Positions 1 to 12,843 of a DNA stretch of 64,000 bases are shown here, one piece after another. The position numbers and the translations under genes are program-made. The first letter of the stretch is position 1, and every line of letters starts with the position of its first letter. This DNA is from Eledone cirrhosa (Eukaryota). The notes under the pieces are model-generated. The model was not told the DNA's origin. It was given only the letters and a program-made list of their open reading frames with translations, and ran no database searches. The stretch lies in assembly GCA_964016885.1 (NCBI GenBank), contig OZ024741.1, positions 364,188,001-364,252,000 on the forward strand, given 5' to 3'.

Positions 1-264
1 CAGGCAACCACATGGAAGCTTATCTCGCACACACACACATATGAGTGTATGTGGTTGGGGTTCAGTACACTATGTGGCAACTTGCATGGGCTAGGACCAA
101 CCAATGCCTTGTGAATGAATTTGGTAGATACAAACTCTAAGGAAGCCTGTTGTATGTATGTATGTATGTATTTCTTAACCAAACAACCGTGGTAGTATCC
201 AGAATAGGTTGGTATTTTCATACCTTTCTTTCTATACTGTTACATAATCAGTGTGAAAAAAATC

Positions 265-376
<112 letters not shown>

Positions 377-403
377 AGAGAGAGAGGGATACCCAAGAAT
401 ATG

Positions 404-828
404 TCAGGTCGCCCTTTAGCGCTACTGGTAACATGTAACTCAGTACAACCTGTGCAAGTTCGGGTCGTCAATGAGTAAACCGGCAACCCCACCAAGCTTG
501 CTTGGTGAGGAGGGTGATTTTGGACACCCATCAAATACCCATCAAAGGGTGGGGAACTCAAGAGAGTCTAGGGCCATCCAATGGTATAGACCAATTCTTC
601 TTTTTGGGCAAATGCATTCAATGTTCAGAGAGTAGGATTGGCCCCATGCAAAGCCTTTCCTCACTTGAAAAAGCTTGAAGCACAGGCATCGCTTTATATG
701 TGACATTTTGTGCGATGCATGGTATTGTGGTCATAGGCAAGTCCCTAGCAGTACTATAAAGCCCCATCCGTGATGCTCATGCTTAAGTATCAAGTGATAG
801 CATTACTCGAAATCGAGTTGCAGCCATC

Positions 829-858
<30 letters not shown>
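404..858 (+). mobile_element. Non-autonomous RTE-derived (bipartite) retroelement, diverged copy
   Basis: Shares the GTCAGGTC...GCTACTGGTAACATG 5' block and the GAGTTG(G)CAGCCA + (ATGT)n 3' end with the copies at 6358-6998 and 52398-53034. Confidence 0.7.
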
Positions 859-859
<1 letters not shown>

Positions 860-1058
860 GAGATCTCTCTGCACTTTTCGTCACATGGTACCATGGGCCC
901 AGCACTGTGTCAATAATTGTCACAAGTGTAGTGTTTGTACCAGAGTTTTCAAGTCGCTGGCTGGACTAAAAAGTCAAACTCGTTCAGCGCATCGGTAGGA
1001 GTTCTCCTACATGGATATAAAGTGGTGGCCGTAATCGAAAACGAGTTGGCAGCCACCA
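860..1058 (+). mobile_element. 3' half of the same non-autonomous RTE-derived element
   Basis: Near-identical to 6765-6960, including the CSVCTRVFKSLAGLKS C2H2-like remnant. Confidence 0.75.
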
Positions 1059-1078
1059 TATATATATATGTATGTGTG

Positions 1079-1110
<32 letters not shown>

Positions 1111-1167
1111 TGTATATATATGTATGTATATATATATGTATGTATACATATGTCTGTGTATGTGTGT

Positions 1168-3362
1168 CATCATCATCATCATCATCACCGTTTTACGTCC
1201 GTTCTTCCACGCTAGCATGGGTTAGACGGGTTGTCCTGTTGTGGGCAGTGTCTGGTCGGCTGACCATGCCTTCCTCATACAGGAACTGATTTGGCTTTAT
1301 TTCTACAGCTGGATGCCCTTCCTAACACCAACCTCATTTACAGTGAGTGCTGGGTGCTTTTTCGTGGCGCCTACACGTCCACTTTACAGTGTGGGCTGGG
1401 TGCTTTTTTGCTGTGGCACCTCCACGACCACTTTCCAGTGGGAGGGTGTGGGGGCATATTGTCTATATACTTCAGCTTGTACCCATGGGAGGTCGGGTAC
1501 TCTGTATTACTGCATGACGCCAGAAGTCACGGTCGTGTGTCATTGCCTTTGAGAGGTGTAATTGGGTAAGGTCGGCTTTTATCATCTTGGGTCTCCTCAC
1601 TCCGCGGTTTCCATCAACTTCTAGTGCTCTGCACCTTTTTATGCAGCTGTCATCCTTCATACGCATCACATGTCCATACCAGTGCAACCGCCTCTCCTGC
1701 ACACAGCATTTGATTCCTCTTATGCTCAGTCTCTCTCTCAATTCATTTATGCTTTGTCGTTAACGTATATTACTGTTACACATCCATCGGAGCATGCAGG
1801 TTTCGTTTCTCTCTAATCTACGTAAGTCTTCCACCTTCAGCGCTCAGGTCTCACTACCATGCAACATTGCTGTTCGGATACACGCATCATACAGTCTGCC
1901 TTTCATTCTGAGGGAGAAGCCTTTTGCAGCTAGCAGTGGTAGTAGTTCCCTAAACTTCTTCCATCCCGTTCTTACCCTAGTTATTGTACTTTCTGAACAC
2001 CCACCTCCGCTGCTAATTCGGTCACCTAGGTAGCAGAAGCTGTCTACTGTTTCTACAGAGATTGGTTTGTTCTTGTTTCCTGTGGCTGTTTGCTGCTTGC
2101 TGTCTCAGCACAGCTGCTGCATGTGAAGCCTACATTCTAAATTAAGCTTCCTGAGATCCCGCTACATCTCTTGTGTACCCATTGTTTGCATTTGGGGCAG
2201 AGAATGGAGTTCCTACCTACATCTTTCCTACATACTGAGCAAGGCCATTTCCCTGAGGGGATCTGGGTTCTGTTTTCTCGTCTACTTACAAGGACCTTAG
2301 TTTTGTCATGTTGACTTTGAGACCCTTTCTTTCTAGTCCCTGCTTCCAAGTTTGGAATTTATTCTCTAGTTCTACCATAGATTCAGCTATGAGTGCGAGG
2401 TCATCAGCATACAAGAGTTCCCATGGGCATCCGGTCTTAAACTCCTCCGTTATTGCCTGCAGGACTATGATGAACAGGAGGGGGCTAAGAGCAGAGCCCT
2501 GGTGGACCCCAACCTGTACGCTAAATTCCTCGCTATACTCATTGCTAATCCTAACTTTGCTGACTGCTCCCCTATACATGGCTTGTACCGCTTTCACAAG
2601 CCATTCATCTACTCCTAGTTTTCTAAGAGCCCACCAGATTACAGCACGTGGAACTCTGTCAAAGGCTTTCTCAAGGTCGACAAATTCCAAGTAGAGTGGC
2701 TTACTTTTAGCTAGGTACTTTTCCTGTAATTGCCTCACAAGGAAGAGGGCATCAGTGGTGCCTCTTCCTGGTACAAACCCAAATTGCATCTCGTCTATTT
2801 TCACCCGGTCCCTAATCAACTGTGCTATAACTCTTTCTGTTACTTTCATGACCTGGTCCATCAACTTTATACCTCTATAGTTTCCTCTATCTAGTGCATC
2901 ACCTTTACCTTTGTAGCAGTTGACAATGATGCTACTGCACCAATCTTTTGGTATGACACCTTCTAGTATTACTTGGTTAACAATACGTGTGGTTATAGTG
3001 TGACCTACAGACCCAGATGCCTTCAGCATCTCGGCAGCTATACCCGATGGACCGGTTGCCTTCCCCATCTTCATATCTTTGATTGCCTTACTTACTACGT
3101 TGCTGCTGACTTGTACTGCTGGCCCCTCTATAGGGTCTACTTGGGGTAGGGTCTCTTCTTCCCATGCATTCTCCTCATTTAGTAATCTATCATAATGACT
3201 CTTCCATGCATCTTTCTTCTCAGCACTTGTGAGGGCAAGCTCACCTTTATCATTCCGGATACACTTCTCTCCAATGACATCACAACTATCTCTGACACAC
3301 TGCCTCGCAATCTTGAATACCTCCTGTTTCTGGTCCTCACGTTGCAAAACATGCTTGAATTT
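1168..3362 (-). mobile_element. 5'-truncated RTE-clade LINE (RT, PHD-like finger, 3' UTR, (GAT)n tail)
   Basis: ORF 2286-3347 has YRGIKL, QFGF, VDLEKAFD, GVHQGS, LLYADD; frameshifted continuation CSVC..CPKC..WVHKRC and WYGHVMRM; (CAT)n at 1168-1187. Confidence 0.95.
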
Positions 3363-3524
3363 TCTTTGACAGGTTTTGTTTTTAGTCTTGCAGGATGTCC
3401 AAAGTCACCCTCCTCACCAAGAAACTTTGGTGGGGTTGCCAGTTTAGTCGCCAACGACCCGGCCATGAGACAGGTTGTACTGGAATACATGTTACCAGTA
3501 GCACCAAGTGGTGACCTGGCAGAC

Positions 3525-3609
3525 ATATATATATATATACACATACACACATACACTGTATATATACATATACACATATATACATACATATATACATATA
3601 TATACACAT

Positions 3610-3640
<31 letters not shown>

Positions 3641-4601
3641 AATATATATATACACACACATAGATATATACACACACACGCATATATATATATATATATG
3701 TGTGTGTGTGTATATATATATGTATGTATGTGTATATATATGTATATATATGTATGTGTATATGTATGTATTTGTATATATATATGTGTGTACGGTATAT
3801 ATATATGTATGTGTATATATATGTATATGTATGTGTGTATATATATGTGTATGTATGTGTGTATATATATATATATATATATGTATGTGTATGGTGTATG
3901 TGTGTATGTATGTGTATGGTATATATGTATGTGTATGGTATATATATATGTGTATGGTATATATATGTATGTGTATATATGTGTATGTGTACAGTATATA
4001 TATATATATATGTATGTGTATTTATATATATATATATGTATCTGTATGTGTGTATATATGTGTGTGTATATATATATATGTATGTGTATATATATATGTA
4101 TGTCTTTATATATATGTATGTATATATATGTATGTGTATATATGTATATGTATGTGTATGTATATGTATGTGTTTGTATGTATGTGTATATATATATATA
4201 TATGTGTATGTGTTTATGTATATGTATGTGTTTATGTATATATGTATGTGTATGTATATGTGTATATGTATATATATATATGTATGTGTATATATATATA
4301 TATGTATGTGTATGTATATGTGTATGTGTATATATATATATGTATGTGTATATATATATATGTGTATATGTGTGTATATATATGTATATATATATGTGTA
4401 TGTGTATATATATATATGTGTGTATATATGTGTATGTATGTGTATGTATATATGTGTATGTGTATGTATATGTATATGTATGGGTATGTATATATGTGTA
4501 TGTGTATGTATATATATGTAGGTGTATATATGTGTATATGTGTGTGTATATAGATATGTATGTGTATGTGTATGTGTATATATGTATGTGTATATATATA
4601 G
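3525..4601. repeat. Compound (TA)/(CA)/(TG) microsatellite tract
   Basis: Purine-pyrimidine dinucleotide low-complexity sequence; source of spurious Y/I/C/V/M ORFs. Confidence 0.95.
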
Positions 4602-5854
4602 GGCCTTAAAATTAACCTGGCTAAGACTAAAGTTCTAGTTTGTAGGAAAGAAAATAAGGCGCCAGTCCCCTCCGGGAAATGGCCATGCTCAGTGTGTAGG
4701 AAAGGCGTAGGTAGAAACTCCATTTTATGTCCCAAATGCAAAGTATGGGTGCATAAAAGATGTAGTGGGATCACAGGTAAGCTAACTAAGAACACAGATT
4801 TTACATGTGGCCGGTGCTCTGGTGCAATAAGTAGCAGCAAGTGCCCACAAAATACTAACTCTTTCAACTGCGCAGAGGGTTCTATAGAAATAGTGGACAG
4901 CTTCCGTTACCTGGGTGACAAAATCAGCAGTGGGGGAGGGTGCTCTGAAAGTACAGTAGCTAGAGTCAGAACTGGATGGAAAAAGTTCAGAGAGCTTATA
5001 CCACTATTAGCCGCTAAAGGGTTCTCCCTAAAAATGAAAGGCAGGTTGTATGATGCCTGCATACGAACAGCAATGTTGCATGGCAGTGAGACCTGGGCAT
5101 TGTGTGCAGAGGATATACACAGACTAGAGAGGAACGAAGCTTGCATGCTCCGCTGGCGGTGTAATAGTAATATACGTGAACGGCAAAGCATAAACGAACT
5201 AAGGAAAAAATTAGAAATAAGAGGGATCAGATGTTGTTTACTCGAGAGATGGCTACGTTGGTATGGTCACGTGATGCGCATGAAAGACGACAGCTGTATA
5301 ACAAAGTGCAGGGCAATAAAGATAGATGGTAGCCACGGAGTAGGCAGACCCAGGAAAACTTGGGATGAGCTGATAAATTCCGACCTCACACACTTACACC
5401 TCTCCAAGACAATGTCACTGGACCGAGACCTTTGGCGGTACTCAGTAACAGAGAAGACCCGCCTTACCTAAATACAAAGTAAAACCTACTAGTCAGTAGG
5501 CATCTCTAACAAAATACACCCCCGTCCCACCCCATCCACACCGCCCCCTTCTATGCAAAGTTATGTTGGTGCCACAACATCCAGGCCGAAACAAACGAGA
5601 TCGTGTAGGTGTCACGACAAAAAAACACACAGTCCACGCTGTAATGTGGCCGTGTAGGCAACACGGTAAAAACCTCCCAATCCCACACTGTAAATGTGGT
5701 TGGTGTTAGGAAGGGCATCCAGCTGTAGAAAACCCGCCAGACAGTCCTATGCGAGCAAGACAACCACTCTTGCCTCAAGTGGGAAAACCCCTGTCCAAAC
5801 CCATGCAAGCATGGAACAGGGACGTTAAACGATGATGATGATGATGATGATGAT
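4602..5854 (+). mobile_element. 5'-truncated RTE LINE, same subfamily as the intact copy
   Basis: ORF 4692-5471 nearly identical to the C-terminus of the 1065-aa ORF (ends YSVTEKTRLT); 3' UTR and (GAT)n tail. Confidence 0.95.
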
Positions 5855-6191
5855 CTGTGTGTGTGTATATATATATATGTATGTATGTGTGTATATATAT
5901 ATGTATGTATATGTATGTATGTCTATGTATATGTATGTATGTGTATATATATATATATGTATGTGTATGTATATATATGTATGTGTATATGTGTATGTGT
6001 ATATATATATATATGTATGTGTATATATATATATGTGTGTGTATGTGTATATATATGTGTATGTGCATATATATATAAACTCCAACCGGTGACCTGACAG
6101 ACATATATATATACACATACACACATACACTGTATATATACATACACACATATATACATACATATATACATATATATACACATACACACAC

Positions 6192-6241
<50 letters not shown>

Positions 6242-6357
6242 GTGTGTGTGTGTATATATCTATGTGTGTATATATATATATATATATGTGTATGTGTATA
6301 TATATGTATATATGTATGTATATATGTGTGTATGTGTGTATGTGTATATATATATAT

Positions 6358-6998
6358 ATGTCTGTCAGGTCACCAGTTGGTGCTACTGGTAACATGTATC
6401 CCAGTACAACCTGTCTCATGGTTGGGTCGTTGGCGACTAAACTGGCAACCCCAACAAGGTTTCTTGGTGAGGAGGGTGACTTTGGACATCCTGCAGGACT
6501 AAAAACAAAACCTGTCAAAGGGCAAAGGAGCTCTTAAGAGTCAATGGCCGTCCAAAATCACCGGGAGAGATGACCCCCTTAGCCTTTGTCAAGGCAAAAT
6601 TCTAGGAGAAGGAAAACTCTGATATAACACCTGCAACCCTGATGGTATCCAATGATGTTGACTTTTTGGTAAATATCATCTTGTTTAAGAGAGTGGGACT
6701 GGTTTTGTGCAGTGCCTTTGCTCACTATAAAAGCTTCACGGCACAGGTATTGCTTTATATTTGGAGATCTCTCTGCACTTGTCGTCACATGGTACTATGG
6801 GCCCAGCACTGTCAATAATTGTCACAAATGTAGTGTTTGTACCAGAGTTTTCAAGTCGCTGGCTGGACTAAAAAGTCACACTCGTCAGCGCATCGGTAGG
6901 GGTTCTCCTACATGGATATAAAGTGGTGGCTGTACTCGAAAACTAGTTGGCAGCCACCATGTATGTATGTATGTATGTATGTATGTATGTATCTATGT
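6358..6998 (+). mobile_element. Non-autonomous bipartite RTE-derived element, best full copy
   Basis: Structured 5' block, C2H2-like remnant CSVCTRVFKSLAGLKSHTR (about 6830-6886), (ATGT)n tail; several copies in the window. Confidence 0.75.
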
Positions 6999-6999
6999 A

Positions 7000-8160
7000 T
7001 GAGGTGTGTCCCAAATGTAAAGGTACTGATTTTCTTATGAACGACATGGTAACACAGCACCGCGTTGATATATATATACATATATAGGCATGTTGGTTAT
7101 GACCTTGGTATACTTGTACATACTTGTTTCAACTTGATCAATTGAGCCAGTTATGAATTATTGCTGTTTATGTACAGACATGTTTATAAACTCTGTTATA
7201 TTTGCATTGCAGGAAAATATCAAACAACTACACAATCAAATTTTGTGTGAAACTCAACAAATCTGCATTGAAACATTTAATTCTTTAACATAACTCGTGC
7301 ACTGTTCATTTTGCTGATGTTTGTGCAATGCCCTATGTACTGTACATGCACTTTTTTTTTGATGAGTTGTGGTGCACCTGGGCACTGTACACAATATTTC
7401 ATTATTGTTATTATTATTATATCATGACTCATACACTGTTCATTTTCCTGACATTTGTACATTATTCTATGTACTATACATGCACCTTTGATGAGTTGTA
7501 GTGCACCTGAGCACTGTACACAATAATTTCATTATTATTATTATAAGCTTATGGAAATGCCACTCTATTGAGAAGTGAGGTTTTTAAGTGACACAAAGCT
7601 TTCAGAGAAAATGTTGAAGATGAACCTCATTCTGGAAGGCAAATCAAATGAACAAAATGTGGAAGTGGTGTGAGCATTGATGGTGAAAGTTTGCTGATTA
7701 AATGTTAGGATGATTGCAGAAAAAACAGGCTTGGATAAAAATGTAGTTCACAAAAAATTGTGCAAAAACACTTGTCTGTGGAGCAAAGAGCGAACTGGTT
7801 GGAAATTTGTCAGAATCTGCTAGAAAGATTCAACATTGAGTCAAATTCCTTGGATAAAGTAATAACAAAATATTGAATCATGGGTATCCGAGTACGATCC
7901 AGTGACAAAATGGAAAAGTTAGGGGTAGCACATGAAAAATTGAAAAGTTCCCTTGTCCAAAAAAAACCCACTCATGAGCAGATCCAGGGTGAAAATGATG
8001 ATTAGCTTTTTTTTGACAGCCATGGTATTGTTCACAAAGAAATTTTACCTCAAGGACAGATAGTCAATGCCACCTTCTTCAAAGATGTCTTGGAAGCCCT
8101 GGTCTAGCTCCATGTGATCTTCTTTTCTAAGTTGAAACATCACCATACTTTGGGACAGGG
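7000..8160 (+). pseudogene. Decayed mariner transposase/transposon
   Basis: Broken frames read IKFCVKLNKSA, AYGNATL.RSEVFK, ENVEDEPHSGR, ESWV.EYDP, FFDSHGIVHKE.LPQGQ.VNA; interrupted at about 7295-7545. Confidence 0.8.
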
Positions 8161-8177
8161 CATATCAAAAGACCGAA

Positions 8178-8366
8178 ATAATTGTTTCAACTTTTGGCAT
8201 AAGGCCAGCAATTACCCAGTACATTACTGGTACTTTATTTTATCGACCCCATAAGGATGAAAGGCAAAGTTAACCTCAACGGGATTTGAACTCAGACCAT
8301 AAAGGGATGTAACTATGCTAGAAAGCATGGCGTCCAACCCTCTACCGATACTGCTAATTGACCTCC
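8178..8366 (-). mobile_element. tRNA-derived SINE with Meta-like central domain
   Basis: Reverse complement has B box GTTCAAATCC and GCCTTTCATCCTT..GGGGTCGATAAA; flanked by 10-bp direct repeat CCGAAATAAT (8173-8182, 8365-8374). Confidence 0.85.
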
Positions 8367-8430
8367 GAAATAATGGAGGTAAACTTTGTTCCATCATTGT
8401 GTTTTTCTGTTTTTTCTGTTCAAGTTCTAA

Positions 8431-8487
8431 CTGTTTGATGAGGTCATAGCTGTTGAGTAATGGTTATCACTGAAATATATATGACAG
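8431..8487 (+). ncRNA. Degenerate type I hammerhead ribozyme motif
   Basis: CTGT-TTGATGA-13-bp stem II with a C.C mismatch-GAAA-TATATA-TG-ACAG; core C3->U and G at the cleavage position. Confidence 0.5.
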
Positions 8488-8639
8488 CGAATATGTATAA
8501 ACGAAGTTAATTTTAACCTGTTGACTTACACTTCTTGTTTTAAAATTACTTTGGAGTAAACAGACCCACCTGCGCACTTTATTGAGTGCTCTACGCTGCA
8601 TACTGAAGTGTAGGCAACCAACCAACACATACTTAAATT

Positions 8640-8670
<31 letters not shown>

Positions 8671-8687
8671 GGAATTTTACCTGCTCT

Positions 8688-8843
<156 letters not shown>

Positions 8844-9347
8844 GAAAATTACTTCTCTTGCAACCCCACCCAATATTGATATGAAGATAAATGAATACAA
8901 CAAACTTAAACGGACAATGTGCCGCCACATGAAATGCAGTTATTCAGCTACTAATACCATGTTTAACACAATTAATTAATCATCTTAAACTAACAACTTA
9001 ACAATATATCAAACCTATATTAACAAACTAAACAGACAGGTAAGTATAAAAAAATTAATGCAGACAAAATATTATAGTCTATATCAAACATACCTTTGAA
9101 AAGAAGAAATTCATTCTATCAGTTCCTGAATTAAAACCTGAGCTATGCTAACACTACACCAAACTAATCTTATCAAGAGTGAAACCCTTTAAATCAGAGA
9201 CCTTTTCATGAGGATCTTAATCCACACAGTATCAGAAGCATAATACTATAATACACACACACACACATATATGTATATCATCATCATCATCATCATCATT
9301 TTACGTCTGATTTTCCTTGCTTGCAATGTTAGATAGATATATATATA

Positions 9348-9795
9348 TCATCATCATCATTTTGCTTCACCTTTTCCTTGTTTGCAAGGGTAGAATGGGT
9401 CCTCTTCAGCACAGCCTCTCTCCATTTGTCATGGTCCTTCTTCAGTTATCTGAGGTCAGCTCTCAAAACCTCCACCCATGATTTTTGTGATCTTCCTCTA
9501 CTGCGTCTTCCTCTCACTGGGATTTCTTGGCACTTCTTTACCCAGCGATCATCCTCCATGCACATCACATGCCCATACTAATGCAGTCTTCTCTCCCACA
9601 CACTAGAGATTATCCCTCTTATACACAGTTTCACTCTCTACTCGTCTATGCTTGGTCATTCAGGCACATTGACATTGCACATCCATCGGAGCATGCTTGC
9701 TTCATTTCTCTCCAGCTGTCGCATATCCTCTGCAGTTGCTGCCCATGTCTCACTACCATGCAGCATCGTGCATCTCACACAGGCATCATATAACT
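9348..9795 (-). mobile_element. RTE LINE 3' fragment (older subfamily)
   Basis: LYDACVRCTMLHGSETWA...LERNEASMLRW; (CAT)n tail. Confidence 0.85.
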
Positions 9796-9837
9796 GGATG
9801 TATGTATATGTATATGTATATGTATATGCAAGGTATC

Positions 9838-10450
9838 TGTGTTTTTCATGTTGGGAACAAATAATAATCAGATGGGGCCGAATCCAGAGAGTAGAGAGGA
9901 TAATCAACCAGTTCAAAGCCACAGTCACACACAGCAGCCATTGAAACCAAGGACTTGTGTGCTGGAGCACTGTCCTGATGAAACAAGACCTCATCAGGGC
10001 CTTTGGTCTTGATAGCTTTTGTAACTGCCTCAGCAAGTTGGCATAGTGCTCTCCATTGATGGTGTGGCCCTTTTGAAGATAGTCAATAAACACAATGCCT
10101 TTTGCATCCCCCAAAACTGAAGCCATCACCTTCTTTCCTGCATGGATTATCTCTTTGTCTCTGGCTCAGATTGATGAACCCAACACTCATCCTGGGTTAG
10201 AAAATGTTCAAGGAAAGCAGCTGAATCTGCCTCAAACAATGTCAGATTTTCTCGTGATGTGATCAACCTTGTACGCTTTTGATCAGGTGTCAGAAGACAA
10301 GCAGAAACCTTTGACATGCCAAGTTCATTGTTCAGAATGTTCTCAACTCTCTCATGGGATATACTAATAGCATTGATTATTTGATTTATTGTCAGTCAAT
10401 TGCCTGTCATCCATTACCATGTGGTGAACATGATTAATGTTTTCCATTGT
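9838..10450 (-). pseudogene. Decayed mariner transposase fragment
   Basis: MASV..DAKGIVFIDYLQKGHTINGEHYANLL and DYPLYSLDSAPSDYYLFP (YSPDLAPSD motif of DD34D transposases). Confidence 0.88.
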
Positions 10451-11699
10451 CTACCCACCCAGGTCATGAGGAGGAGTTGAAGGCGAGGTAAGTCCTATGC
10501 AATCAGTGTTTACATGCAGTTACAAGTTCGTCTGCTTTGTTTAGGAATTGGTCCTTCGTAAACAGTATTTGTAATGTTTCCTCCGAGCATAAGTTACACG
10601 GATGGTGTAGCCCTGGACAGTAAGCTCCAAGTAAGATTGTATGTTATGTTATTATCTTGGAGGTCCCAGATGTGGCCCGAAAGTGTAGTGGCATGTCGCC
10701 AGACCGGGTTTCTTTTTCTTTTCTTCTTCCCTTTATCTCTTCCTATCACTTCCTTCCACTCCCTCTCCTCTTCCTTTTCCTTTTTCCTCTTTTGCCTACC
10801 CTGAGGCAGCCCATCAGGCTTTTGTAGCCTCAGTACCCCTACCCCAGTAAATTATATATAGCATTGGCTGAAAACGCAATACCAACTAAATATAGCAGCT
10901 GCTTTATTAGACTCTAGAGATTTTTTAATTACTTTTTACTATTTAATTTTATTATTTTTATATTTTTTTAATTTATTAGCTTTTAATTTCAATTTATTAA
11001 CCTATTCTATAACGTCCCACTCTCTAATTCCCCCAGAATCCTTTTTCGCCTGCTTTCTAACTAGCCTAATTTCATACACACTCCTTAGAATTTGCTGTAT
11101 AGAATTCACTTTCAATGCTTGACTGGCTCCACCCACTCCCTCATTGTTCTACAAGAAAGTTCAGCCACCCCCACCTCCCACCCACTGCCATGAAAGATTT
11201 AATTGTGTTTACAAGAAATTTTGACCAATCCTTTTGACAACTACAATCTTCCCATATAAGAAATTACCCCTTGAAAAGTTCGGCTATTTATTACCACGCT
11301 AAAAATTCTAATTTAGTCCAGAAATAGCTGTCGAAACGACTTGAGCTCTGCCATCGGGGTTAAACATTTTCCTGTATATATATATATGTGTGTGTGTGTC
11401 TGTGTCTGTCTGTCTGTCTGTAAGTAATATATAAATGTACAGTGTATATATATATATATCATCATTTAACGTCTGTATGAATGTTCTGGTTTTATTATAA
11501 ACCAATAAAGAGAGAATCAATTTCTAACATAGAAACAAAACTTTTTCATTGGAATGTAGACATCAACTAGGTAAATACATATGTCTGTATGTGTTTGTGT
11601 GTGTATGTGCAGGTATGGATGTTATTGTATGTGTGTGTCTGTATGTTTTGAGTTATATGTGTATACATACCTATGTTTCTGTATCTATACTTGTGTATA

Positions 11700-12600
11700 G
11701 GCAGTTATTCCCGGCTGAATTTCTGAAATGTTTTACATATTTTTACAGTTCCATCAATGAACTGTACTTGCAACTTCTTAACTAGCCATGCTCTTTCTGA
11801 TTCTGTGAAGCCCAGTTTCTCAGGATTTGTATTGAGGCAATAATCACAGGTACAAATCTAAACGTATAATCAGGGTGGAGTATCTACAGATTCATCATTA
11901 GTTCAGCATAAATGTTCTCTTTTTTGCTAATCTTTAGCATTATATAGACATCTCTTGGGCTGCTGATTTCCATTACTGTGCTTGCCTTCTTTTCTGTCCC
12001 ACATTTATATGTCTGGTCTGTTATGTTTACATTTCATTGGGGTTTTGACTGGAACATTCCACCAGTACTCTTCTGTCCTACATTTCTATGTCTGGTCTGT
12101 TATGTTTACATTTCATTGTGGTTTTGACTGGAACATTCCACCAGTACTCTTTCATATTATGTATGCATACATCCTCCATACCACTATAACCTTTTATATG
12201 TTTATTCTCAGGACTATTCTTTCTAAAGATCGTATGGCCAATACATCATGCTTAATAGGTAGATAGTATCGTGATGACATCTTTGGAGAGTTACGTATGA
12301 TATGGGAGACATCTTCAATGTTAATTTTACAGTCTACATTGATTGTCACATCTAGCTGTTTTGCCTGTATCGCTATCTCTTTTGTGTATCAAGTATTTTG
12401 TTATTATTTCCTGTTCTTGGATTGCAAAAGTATATCCGTCAAAGTGAGAGCAAATACACGAGTTGTTGGTCCAAGACAGACTGCTTTGATTATTTATATC
12501 ACTTTGGAGCATGCATGATTTTTTTATGATAAGCATGTAGTTTTTCATCCATGGATTCATTATGGTATTGCTGTGCAATTTCCTTGGGTGTGAATTTTTG
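11700..12600 (-). pseudogene. R4/Dong-like non-LTR retrotransposon C-terminal remnant (zinc knuckle + restriction-like endonuclease)
   Basis: GYTFAIQEQEIITKY, CRL..EDVSHII..PKMSSRYYLPIKHD, WWNVPVKT..HNRPDI, EISSP.D..K..KENIY, FVPVII across frameshifts. Confidence 0.75.
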
Positions 12601-12632
12601 GTTATCTTACAAGCATGGAAAATGGACGTTAA

Positions 12633-12843
12633 CCCTTTAGCATTACATGACTCCCTACATAGTATTTTCCCTGGTAAAGGCTTTATCTCACATAATTATT
12701 TCACATGATATTGAATCTATGAGATTTTGATATTATTTATTTTGAGAACAATACCTTAACATAAGTATAAGTGGCTGGTTACAGCTGGTTTGAAAGAGCT
12801 GAGAGAATTCTAGCCAGATATAGCCAGTTTAAATGCTAAAGGG
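12633..12843. mobile_element. piggyBac-type MITE
   Basis: TIRs CCCTTTAGCATT / AATGCTAAAGGG flanked by TTAA on both sides (12629-12632, 12844-12847). Confidence 0.85.

Noticed and set aside
3698-4609. Long Y/I/C/V/M/H/T-rich ORFs here and at 5775-6518, 31176-33059 and 36335-38224
   Set aside because: Translations of stop-free dinucleotide microsatellites; not genes
9190-9245. Minus-strand CTGATAC-hairpin-GAAAAGGTCT
   Set aside because: Core mutated and no stem I; possible relic but unsupported
11300-11375. Minus-strand CCGATGG plus branched hairpin near (TA)n
   Set aside because: Core too degenerate and GAAA absent
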